Below, one piece after another: positions 1 through 10,613 of a DNA stretch of 64,000 bases. The stretch spans positions 76,572,001 through 76,636,000 of the forward strand of contig NC_086097.1 in assembly GCF_963921235.1 (NCBI RefSeq), read 5' to 3'. The notes under the pieces are model-generated. The model had not been told where the DNA came from and ran no database searches. It was given only the letters and a program-made list of their open reading frames with translations. Within the stretch, counting starts at the first letter, position 1; each line of letters starts with the position of its first letter. The stretch is from Mobula hypostoma. Its lineage: Eukaryota. The position numbers were made by a program, and so were the translations under genes.

Positions 1-215
1 ATACAGTTCTGTTTTGTTTTTTTTTTAGTTTAGGGGGTTCTTTATAAAATTCTTTTTCATGTTCAATTACTTAGAGATTGGGAGGCTTGAATTATATATT
101 TTACTTGAATTATGTTTGTATATGTTAACCATTATCAATGTTATACCGATTCTCTTTGTATCATCAATATTGTTATGTATATTAATCTGAAACTTAATAA
201 AAAGATTGAAAAAGA
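1..215 (+). mobile_element. 3' end of an L1-like LINE
   Basis: T-rich 3'UTR-like sequence ending AATAAAAAGATTGAAAAAGAA, abutting the Nimb element. Confidence 0.45.
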
Positions 216-2187
216 AGTAGCTTAGGTGGGAAGCGGTTGAAAAAACGCTGAATGGAGGATCAAATAGATCACAGGCAGGGGAGGCGGGATCTTAATGGCA
301 ATATATATTTTGCAATGGAATGCAAGGAGTCTTATCGCAAATGGCCAAGAATTTAAGAAATCTGTATCAGCACCTAAGGAAAAACCTCAGATTCTATGTA
401 TACAAGAAACATGGTTGAAACCACAATTAGATTTTGTTTTACAAGGATATACAGCAATTAGGCGGGATAGAAGCAATGGCAATTGGTGGAGGAGTAGCAA
501 TATTTATAGCCAGTGGGATGAGATATAATATAGTCAACACAGGGCAGAAGTATGAATCAATAATAATCAAAATGTGGATAGGCAGAGAAAGCTTGGTAAT
601 TATAAATCATTATAATCCATGTAAAAGACTAAGCAAAGATACACTAAACAAAGTGGGTGGTAGGATGCAAGGGAAAATAATATGGTGCGAGGATTTCAAT
701 GGACACAGTACACTATGGGGATGTAAAAATATGGATGAAAACGGATTAGTGATAGAAGAATTTCTAGATGATGAAAAACTGGTATGTATAAATAATGGAG
801 AAGGTGCGAGATATAATATATCCCAAAACACAGAAACTGCAATAGACTTAACATTTGTAAGTAGAGAATTAGCAAGAATCAGTACTTGGAACATAATAAA
901 ACAAACTACAGTAGGAAGTGATCACTATCCCTTACTCACAAGGATTCAGGTTAAAATAGAACAAAATGTAGGATCCAGAGTGTCAAGGTGGAAACTAAAT
1001 GAGGCAGAGTGGGAGGTATTTCAAAAAAGAAGTGAAGTAAGATGCACAAAGATTTTAGGTGAAAATATGTCAGATATAGAGAAATGAATGATAAATTGGT
1101 CACAGCAATTACAAATTCGGCAGAAGAAACAATTCTGAAAAGTAAAGGTAGAGGAAAGAGAAAAAATGTTCCATGGTGGAATTGTGAATGTAGTAGAAGT
1201 ATAAAAGCAAGAAATAAAGCATTTAAAATGTTAAAAAGACAACATTTGGTAGAAACATTAATACAATATAAAAGAGCACAAGCAGATGTTCAGAAAACAA
1301 TCAGACAAGCAAAGCGAGCATTTTGAAGACAGTATTGTAACAAAATTGGAACAGCAACTCAACTGTCCAAAATATGGGGCATGATAAAGGAAATGAATGG
1401 TATAAGAAGTAATAAAGAGATTCCTGTGCTAAAAAGTGAGGACGAAATAGCAATTAACAATGTAGAAAAAGCAGCAATATTGGCAAAAGCTTTTGTAAAT
1501 ATACATGGCTCGGAGAATTTGATGGTTGAGGCTGGACAGCAAAGGGAGGAGAGGCTTAAGCAAAATTCAGGAATTACGGACAAAAGAGCAATATCAGAAG
1601 AAGTGCTGGATACACCTGTTAGCATTTCAGAAATAGAAAGAGCCAATATGAATGCGTGGCCAACTTCTCCTAGGAAGGATCAAGTATTGGGTATAATGCT
1701 GAAGCACTTATCAAGAAATGCACGTCTAGTTTTACAGAGACTGTTTAATAAAATATGGGATAGGTAAACTACCAACTGCATGGAAACATTCTGTTATTGT
1801 TCCAGTATTAAAACCTGGTAAAGATTCATCAGAACCAACAAATTATAGACCAATTGCACTAACTTCACAGCTAGGTAAACTTATGGAATGAATAATAACT
1901 GATAGGCTTACATACTTTCTAGAAAAAAGAAATCTTATTTCTCCCTACCAAAGCAGTTTTCGTAAAAGAAAAACTACAGTAGATTCAATACTTAGCTTGG
2001 AATCTGAAATTAGGAAGGCTTAAATAAATAAAGAAATGGTCCTGGCAGTATTTTTTGACAAAGAAAAGACATACGATATGCTCTGGAAAGAGGGAGTGTT
2101 AATTAAATTGAAAGAACTAGGGGTGGAAGGAAAATTATATAATTGGGTTCTGGCGCAAACACGAGGAATTCTACAGATGCTGGAAAT

Positions 2188-2603
2188 GCATATTTATTGA
2201 TCCCGGGGGAAATTGGTTTTCATTACAGTTGCACCATAAATAATTAAATAGTAATATGTAAATTATGCCAGGAAATAAGTCCAGGACCAGCCTATTGGCT
2301 CAGAGTGTCTGACCCTCCAAGGGAGGAGTTGTAAAGTTTGTTGGCCACAGGCAGGAATTACTTCCTAAGACGCTCAGTGTTGCATCTCGGTAGAATGAGT
2401 CTCTGGCTTAATGTACTCCTGTGCCCACCCAGTACATTATGTAGTGGATGGGAGACATTGACCAAGATGGCATGCAACTTAGACAGCATCCTCTTTTCAG
2501 ACACCACCGTGAGAGAGTCCAGTTCCATCCCCACAACATCACTGGCCTTACGAATGAGTTTGTTGATTCTGTTGGTGTCTGCTACCCTCAGCACACATCA
2601 CTG
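2188..2603 (-). mobile_element. Rex1/Babar-like LINE 3' fragment
   Basis: ORF 2358-2594 RINKLIRKAS..SHPLHNVL..LPRCNTER is typical of Rex1 C-termini. It splits the foldback element between GCTGGAAAT and TCAAGC. Confidence 0.7.
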
Positions 2604-2672
2604 TTCAAGCAACACACTTCAAAGTTGCTGGTGAACGCAGCAGGCCAGGCAGCATCTATTGGAAGAGGTACA

Positions 2673-2706
2673 GTCGACGTTTCGGGCCGAGACCCTTCTT
2701 CAGGAC
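2673..2706 (-). ncRNA. Minimal type I hammerhead ribozyme motif (Penelope-associated)
   Basis: Minus strand GTC-CTGAAGA-AGGGTCTCGGCCC-GAAACGTC-GAC: CUGANGA core, stem II, GAAAC/GUC, stem I GUC/GAC. Confidence 0.7.
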
Positions 2707-4868
2707 AAACTGAAAGAAGAGCTAGTAAAAATCTCTTACTAGCTCTTCTTTCAGTTAGTCCTGATGAAGGGTCTCGGCCTGAATCATCGACTGTACCTCT
2801 TCCTAGAGATGCTGCCAGGCCTGCTGCGTTCACCAGCAACTTTGATGTGTGTTAATTGGGTTCTAGACTGTCTTTTTGGTCGAACAATTCAAGTCAAGGT
2901 GGAAACAGAGTACTCCAGGACATATTTGGTTGAAAATGGAACACCACAAGGTAGTGTCTGCAGTCCATTACTATTTTCCATGGTGATAAATGACATATTT
3001 GTGCAAGTTGAACATAGTGTGGGGAAATCCTTATATGCAGATGACGAGGCTTTATGGGTGAGGGGAAGAAATTTAATTTATATACAAAGGAAAATGCAAG
3101 ATGCAATAAACAAAGTGAAGGAGTGGGCAAATAAATGGGGTTTCAAATTGTCTGCAAGTAAGTCGCAAGACATATGCTTCTCAAGAAATCACAAACAAGT
3201 TTCCGTGAAATTATACAGGGAATGAACAAAAATTAGAGCAGGTAAAGGTAATTCGGTTCCTTGGTTTGTTATTTAATGAGAAAACTTACATGGAAAATTG
3301 AGAAAATTACAAACAAATGTAAAAAAATATATAACTTATTGAGGGGTCTTGCTGGACAGGACCGGGGTGCGAGCAGGATATCGCTATAAAATATTTATCA
3401 AGCTTTAATGAGGGCTACATTGGTTTATGGAAGTGTAGCATACATGTCAGCTGCAGAAAGTAATTTAAAAATGCTGGATGATAAGCAAGCCCAGGCCCTC
3501 AGGGTATGTAATGGTGCATTCAGAACATCATCTATATCAGCTCGTCAAGTTAAAATGGGGGAAATGCTATTAAGACTTAGAATAATAAAGCCAATGCTAA
3601 ATTACTGGGTTAACATCATGGGACATAGCTACTCACATCCAGCTAAAGCTATATTAAAAGACTGCTGGGAACATAATAAGTTATAATAGCTTTGGATGGA
3701 TTGGGGATGCAGCAGCACAAAAATATGGTCTACACAAAATGGAATATAGCCCTACAGTTCCAATATCTGATATTCCTCCATGGCTCTTTACAAAGCAAAC
3801 AGTAGATAAAAACCTGCAACAACTTTTAAAAAAGAAGTCTAACTATGGAATCAAACAGATAGTACATTTTAGAAATGAACTTGTAGTGTTTACGGATGGA
3901 TCAAAAGACCCTAGATCTGGCCACACAGTTATTGCAGTCTATATTCCTCAGTACAAAACTAGTATCAGGAAAAGAACATCAAACCATTTATCAGTGTATA
4001 CAACAGAATTAATGGCAATATTGAGTGCATTATCTTGGATAGAAGAAAATAATATCAAAAAGGCTGTAATCTGTTCAGACAGTTTATCTGCATTAACCTC
4101 GATCAAATCAAGAAAATCAGAAAGTAGACAGGATATTTTATTGGAGATTTCATGCAAGTTATATACACTGACCAAAAATGGGGTAGAACTAAGTTTTCTT
4201 TGGGTTCCTGCTCATCGTGGAGTGGAGGGTAATGAAAAGGTGGATAGCATAGCTAGACAATCACTCAAATCATCTATTATAGAGGTCTAGATCCCTCTTA
4301 GCAAAGCGGAAGTCAGGAGCATTATAAAAACACGTATTGACGAGACATGGCAGAAGCATTGGGATGAGAGTGAAACAGGGAGACAACTGTACAAAATACA
4401 GAGGCAAGTCAGATACAAAAGATTGTCAAGTGGATATAGAAAGACAGAAGTGATCATCAGTCGTTTGGGAATTGGACACACTAGTCTTAATTACACATTA
4501 CACAAAATAGGGAAACATCCAGCTGGGTTGTGTGAATACTGTAATCAACCAGAAACAGTTGAACATGCATTGATAAAATGTAAGAAGTATCAAAAAGAAA
4601 GAGTGAAGATGACAGGAGTGCTTAAGATAAACAAAATAACTGATGTGGGTATAGAAGACATTTTAAGTGGGAATACAGGAGAAATAAAGATCCGTATCAT
4701 GAAGTATCTGAAAGACTCAGGTTTATTATATAGAATATAGGGAATGCAATTCTTTTCCCTTCTCCTGTTTATCCAACGATCCACACTCCAGTCCAGCAGA
4801 TGGTGGTAATGCACCTTAAAGCTGGTTTGCCAACCGCCATAAAACAACACAAGAAGAAGAAGAAGAAG

Positions 4869-7069
4869 TGTGGGTTCTGGTTTGTCTTGTCAGTATCCCC
4901 TTGGAGCAACCCGCTGGTGGAAGGCTAGAGTAGCCTTGCTGTCTCTAGTCGGAGCAGTCATTGCAGCATGGATTTGGCCGTTTCTGTAGCCAGCCAAGGT
5001 TGCTGGCGGCCCCGATACTTGGAGCCACCCTGGATTGAGCTCCCTTCCTGTCCTTGCCTCCGTGGGGTAACTCAGGCCGTCCTTGTCGTTACCCTGCGGT
5101 AAGTCAGGCCGTCCTTGCTGTTACCCTGCGGTTGGATCCATCCCTTCCTGTCCTTACCTCCGTTGGGTAAGTCAGGCCGTCTTTGCCGTTATCCTGAGGC
5201 AGGACTGTTCTCTTCCCCTCCCCATCTGAATCCCTGACAGTTTCCTCGGCGGTCATCCTAGCCCGGCGTCCAAGGAAGGGGCACGGCCCTGCAAAAGCAT
5301 CCCAGCCCTGCATCCTAGGAAGGGTCCCGGCCCTGTGCTCTAAGAAGGAGTTCCTCGTCCTGCCCAGGAAATCCTCGAAGAACCCAAGCCTCATCCAGTC
5401 CTGTAGCTATGTCATGTCCTCGCCTAGTTCCGGGGTCCGAGCCCCAGTCAAGACCCAGGTTCTGGGTCCTTGTCCAGTCTCTGGCTTGGAGTCCAAACCC
5501 AGGCTCCTAGTTCCCAGTTCCTTGTCCTGGTCCCGCTTTCCTAGCCAAAGTCTTAGCCCAAGTCTGTGTTCCTGTCCCAGCTCCTAGTCTGTGTCCAGTC
5601 CCGTCCCTAACTCTAGTCCAGTCCAGTTCTCAGTACTTCAGTGTCTGTGTCTTGCATTTGGGACCGCCTTAGGCCCCCATATGACAGAACGAACCAGCCA
5701 TACATGGACCCAGCAACGCAGACACTATCGTCTAACTCTCGTCATCCTGGGTTCCCTCTTGATTGAATACCCACCCAGGTCGTCCTTAGTCCTGGAGAGC
5801 CTACTCGGTCACCTGGAGGCTCTCATGGGGGGCAGGGGGGTGTACTGTCATGTTCCGGTCCGTAAAGTCCACGTTCCGGTACACGGTCCGGTCCATGGAC
5901 TCCGGGTCTTCCGGCTGTCCCTCGTTTCAGTTGGGCTTAATCAGAGGCACCTGAAGCTCATCTTGGGGCTGGGAATATAAGTGGCCGTCGGATTGAGTGT
6001 GGGTGCTGGTTTGTCTTGTCAGTATCCCCTTGGAGCAACCTGCTGGTGGAAGGTTAGAGCAGCCATTTGTGATCTCTAGACCTGGTTGGAGGATCACTGC
6101 TTCATGGAGCCTTGTTGTCTCTGGTTGGAGCAGTCATCGTGGTATGAATTTGGCTGTTTCTGTAGCCAGCCAAAGTTGCTGGCTGCTGCGAGACTTGGAG
6201 CCACCCCGGACTGAGCTCCCTTCCTGTCCTTGCCTCCATGGGGTGAGTCAGGCTGTCCTTGCTGTTACCCTGTGGTTGGATCTGTACCTTCATGTCCTCA
6301 CCTCCACTGGGTAAGTCAGGCTGTCCCTTGCCATTACCCTACAGTGGGATCTGTCCATGTCCTTGCCTCCATGGGGTAAGCCAGGCCATCCCTTGCTGTT
6401 ACCTAAAGTGGGATCTGTCCCTTCATGTCCTCGCCCCCATTGGGTAAGTCAGGCCGTCCCTTGCTGTTACCCTACAGTGGGATCTGTCCCTTCATGTCCT
6501 TGCCTCCATGGGGTAAGCCAGGCCATCCCTTGCCGTTAACCTACAGTGGGATCTGTCCCTTCATGTCCTCGCCTCCATGGGGTAAGCCAGGCTGTCTTTG
6601 CTATTACCCTGAGGCAGGACTGTTCTCTTCCCCTCCCCATCTGAATCCCTGACAGTTTCCTTGGCGGTTTACCTCGGCAGTCATCCTGGCCTGGCGTCCA
6701 AGGAAGGGGCCTGGCCCTGTGCTCTAAGGAGTTCCTCGTCCTGCCCAGGAAAGCCTCGAAGAATTCAAGCCTCGTTCAGTCCTGTAGCCACGTCATGTCT
6801 TCACCTAGTACCGGAGTCTGAGCCCAAGTCAAGACCCAGGTTCTGGGTCCTTGTCCAGTCTCTGGCTCGGAGTCCAAACCCAGGCTCCTAGTTCCCAGTT
6901 CCTTGTCCTGGTCCCACTTTCCTAGCCAAAGTCCTAGCCCAAGTCTGTGTTCCTGTCCCAGCTCCTAGTCTGTGTCCAGTCCCGTCCCTAACTCTAGTCC
7001 AGTCCAGTTCCCAATACTTCAGTGTCTGTGTCTTGCATTTGGGTCCGCTTTTAGCGCCTCCATATGACA
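4869..7069 (+). mobile_element. Non-autonomous LTR element (sushi/chromovirus-derived): partial 5'LTR 4869-5686, ~160 bp interior, 3'LTR 5846-7069
   Basis: Both LTR copies end CCATATGACA. The 3'LTR starts TGTCATG after a G-rich PPT (5827-5843). TATAA at 5976. The 5' part of LTR1 is displaced by the Nimb tail. Confidence 0.8.
6219..6610 (+). repeat. ~60 bp minisatellite inside the 3'LTR (about 6-7 units)
   Basis: Repeating TGTCCTTGCCTCCATGGGGTAAG(T/C)CAGGCC..CCTTGCTGTTACC.ACAGTGGGATCTGTCCC; only about 2-3 units in LTR1 (~5043-5195). Confidence 0.85.
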
Positions 7070-7074
7070 TCTAT

Positions 7075-7520
7075 AGAAATGTGTCATAGTTTCAGATATC
7101 ATGCCAAATCTTTGCAAACTTCTAAGTAGAGGCACTGCCGTGCCTTCTTCATAATTACCATATGTGCTGGGCCCAGGACAGGTGTTCTGAAATGATAACA
7201 CCAAGGAGTTTAAAGTTCCTGACCCTCTCCACCTGATTCCCTGATTAGTACTAGCTTATGGGCCACTGGTTGCTTCCTGCTGAAGTCAGTGACCAGCTCC
7301 TTGGTCTTGCCGACATTGAATGAGAGGCTGTTGTTGTGGCACCACTCAGTCAGATTTTCAATCTTCCTCCTATATGCTGATTCATCATCACCTTTCATTC
7401 GGCCAAAGACAACGTCAGCAAACTTAAGTATGGCTTTGATGCTGTGCTTAGTCATGTAGTCAGAAGTGTAAGTAAGTAGAGCAGGGAGATAAGAGCACAG
7501 CTTTGTGGTGCACCTGTGCT
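7075..7520 (-). mobile_element. Rex1-like LINE RT fragment
   Basis: KFAD..GDDESAYRR..WCHNNSLSFNVGKTKELV.DF. Confidence 0.7.
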
Positions 7521-7524
7521 GAGG

Positions 7525-8021
7525 AAGAATCTTTTTCCCCTCCGGGATCATACACTTCCCTACACTATATTACACCTGCCACTTCATTACCCATTCTCTC
7601 AATTTGTCCAAGTCCTTCTGGAGACCCCCTGCTTCCTCGACACCACCTGCCCCTCCACCTGTCTTCAAATCATTTGCAAACTTGATCACAAAATCATTAA
7701 TTCCATCATCCAAATCATTGACCTATAACATAAAAATAATTGGTCCCAACACAGACCCCTGTAGAACACCACTAGACACTGGCAGCCAACCAGATAAAGC
7801 TCCCTTTAGTCCCACTCTTTGCCCACTGTGTCTTCTATCCATGCAAGTATCTTTCCTATTATGTCATGAGCTTTTATCTTGTTAAGCCTCATGTGTGGCA
7901 ACTTGCCTAAGGCCTTCTGAAAACGCAAGTAAACAACATCCATATACTCTCCTTTGTCTATCCTGCTTGTGTTTCCTCAAAGAGTTCAACAGATTTGTCA
8001 GGTAAGTGTGTCCTCTTAAGG
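7525..8021 (-). mobile_element. CR1 LINE RT fragment (resumes at ~9670-9705)
   Basis: GGTCCCAACACAGACCCCTG..ACACCACT (VPQGSVLGP region, reverse strand); continues as AAGGAAACCATGCTGAC after the hAT insertion. Confidence 0.65.
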
Positions 8022-9669
8022 CAGGGGTTTCCAAACTTTTCTAACATCCTGGGAAAGGCTTCACTGCTAATATAATGGTCTTTCTGTAGAAGCACTGCTG
8101 ATGTAATGGTTCTTCTGTAGCAGCAGTGTTTGGGTTATGGCTAGAGAAAATGGGGCTTTGGAATGTGTGCTGTCCAATGAAGGCAGTGTGCCTGAGGCCG
8201 AGGTGATCTGGGTCCTTTGTTCGGTGGAAGATGCGGAGAGAAGATGCCTGAAAGGAGAGGTCATAGACACCAGAAAAGAGTGGACTTGGAGTGGGGTCGA
8301 GTGTTGACAAAGCCCAGGGAAATTGATGGAGCACCAGCGGAAGGGAAAACCATGTGCTCCAACTAGCGTACATTAGACTGTGTCATTAAAATGGCCCCTT
8401 TTTGTTTTACTTTACTAACCCTTTAGTCAAATGAAGAATTATAAAGATAAATCGTTAATTGCTTATGGTGTACTGTCTGTTATTTCATACTGATTTGTAA
8501 CAGGGTAACACATCGCACAGCATCCACCCAAACAGGGAGTTTTGCACCTCATTCTCGCACGTTTGGTGGGGCCGGGGACTGTCTCCCCTAGACTTACACA
8601 GCCAACAGAACCCGAGGGTCACCTTCGCAGGGCTATCATTTGGGATTTTTTTTGTTGGACGCTGTGTGATTGCCCTGAGCATTGAACCAGTGGGTTGTGT
8701 GTTTAAGTCTGTGCTGAACTATTGCCCAGTAAAGCGATTTTGATATGTGGGTATGGATGCTGCTAGGGTTGAGCGGTGGTGCGTATCCACAGGGTTACCA
8801 GTAAGGAATGCGTGCATGTTGAGTAGGGTAGATATTCATACTCCTGATGAATTGTTCATTCAACTTTTAAGTACTGTTAAAGCTGTAGGCAAAGTTACGA
8901 TTGTGGGGCAGAGATTTGATAAAATGGCAGGCACAGACCTTATTTTAGTTCAGACTAGCACTGACATAACAGCAGTGGTACTGCCTGGTACGATTAGGGC
9001 CCCAGGAGAGGGGGAGCCACGGACTGACTGTACTTTCCAGGAGGAGGAGAGGGTAGGGGAACGAGGCCAAATCGCAAGTCAAGTCTCCCGTAGCTGGGGG
9101 CAGAGACATCAAAGACAGGGTTCTCTCATTTCTGCTTAGCGAAGGGAAGGAGTGGTCTGATTTAGAATGTCTAATGAGTCCCCGCCCTCAGCAAAGAGTG
9201 AGAATTGAGTTAGTATCCGCATTTACCTCTTTAGCGAATAAATGGAAAAAATGCCCAGGTTCAAAGTCCCAGCTATCTTAGGCTCCACCTATTCTCAGGA
9301 ACAAAGCTCACACCTAAAGGGGAAGAGGAGTATGAGATTTGGGCAGAGCAGACTTCTCAGTTGTTAGATGAGTGGCAGTGCTCTGATGACGTAAAGCGAC
9401 AGCGATTGGTTGAAAGTTTGAGAGGGCGGCTGCTGACAAAGTGAGAGCCATAAAGGCACAGAACCCCCTTGCCACTTTTGCGGCCTACATGCAAGCACTA
9501 GAAAATGTGTTTGGCACAACGGGAAGCCCCATGGATCTCATGACAGGGTTTCAGAGATAGTCTTCCCTACACTTACACAGCCAACAGAACTTGATAGTTA
9601 CACTTTTTTTATGCCATAGCCCCCTACCATTAACTAAGGGGTCTGTAGACCTCAAGTTGGAAACCCCTG
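8022..9669. mobile_element. Short hAT (Charlie-type) MITE interrupted by a Gypsy remnant
   Basis: TIRs CAGGGGTTTCCAA / TTGGAAACCCCTG; imperfect 8 bp TSD TCTTAAGG / CATTAAGG. Confidence 0.75.
8040..9602 (+). mobile_element. Internally deleted Gypsy LTR element: LTR ~8040-8623, PNMA-like gag 8747-9550, fused to the last ~55 bp of the 3'LTR
   Basis: 4 bp TSD CTTT (8036-8039 / 9603-9606). LTR end ACTTACACAGCCAACAGAAC repeated at ~8592 and ~9571. Gag is homologous to the 14477 element (LSTVKAVGKV; FSG..P.GEEEYE.W). Confidence 0.78.
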
Positions 9670-10613
9670 CATTAAGGAAACCATGCTGACTTTGGCCTAT
9701 TTTAACATCATAGTCCCAATTTAATTCATAAAATAACAATTTCATGGGGAGGATTTTGCCATAGAATTGATGAAATATCAGCATAAAAAGATAGCAAAAG
9801 TTCATTAAATTATAACTACACTAAAATAAATAAACAAGTAATCTAGAGGATAACCTTTAGTGCCTTCATCAAATGCAAATTAGATAATATGTAATAGGCA
9901 TGAGGTACTTATTTAACTTTTCTCATTTATTCTAATTTTCATCACTTGAATGCCCATCACTAAATCATGATGCCAAATAGTTCCCTTTCAAGGCACTTCA
10001 TGCTGTGAAGTTTTACCAATTAAAATATATATAAAAACACTACTTTAAAATACAAAGAATGGGAAAGTACATACAATGAAAAGCTAACGTCAGTACAAAT
10101 ACTGGTGTTATACTAACTAACGTCTTAGTGCAACCACAGATTAAGTTACGGATATCTCCAATCTAGAAAGAAGGAGAGCTTTGTTTTCATATGTGAAGCT
10201 TTTCCCGTGCAAATATTTATCAGATGCAAGGATTTATCACAAGACATTCATCCCTCAGAATCATGTGCATTCACTTTCAGTAGATGTTCTAATATCCTTA
10301 AATCAAACTTCAGAGGGAAGTAGACACTACGCATCAAAATTCCTTCAGAGGGTCAATATATATTTTAATTATAATGTTGATATGGACACATTTTGAAACT
10401 GCCAGCAGATGAGTGTTCAAACAAAAAGGTGGCACCAATCAGCTGCTAAGGCTATTCAATGAAAACTGAATACCAAACATGCAGAGTTCTGCAAATCAGC
10501 GATTTGCAGACTTTAAGCTTTACTTCACTCCACCCCTGCACAAAGACTTTTCAAGATAATTGTGGCACCAAACAATGATATTTACAAACCAAATTAAAAA
10601 TATTTTAACCAAC

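Larger units (their letters stand above)
2152..2852. mobile_element. Penelope-derived non-coding foldback element inserted in the Nimb RT region, itself interrupted by Rex1
   Basis: TSD (T)AATTGGGTTCT at 2140-2151 and 2853-2864. ~118 bp inverted arms at 2611-2728 and 2736-2853. Arms match the Penelope terminus at 40280-40440. Confidence 0.85.
216..4868 (+). mobile_element. Nimb/I-clade LINE, decayed ORF2 (APE endonuclease, RT, RNase H, C-terminal Cys motif)
   Basis: ILQWNARSL..CIQETWL and GSDHYP (APE); NGTPQGSVCSP and YADD (RT); FTDGSK..ELMAI..SDSLS..WVPAH (RNase H); CEYC..H...C. Ends in an (AAG)n tail at 4851-4868. Many stops and frameshifts. Confidence 0.88.

Noticed and set aside
2448..2855. 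Mirror-image ORFs on both strands (also 40155-40596)
   Set aside because: Artefact of the palindromic Penelope terminus.
5043..6610. Regular ~60 bp repeats resembling a CRISPR array
   Set aside because: The units are contiguous with no unique spacers, lie inside LTRs, and the DNA is vertebrate.
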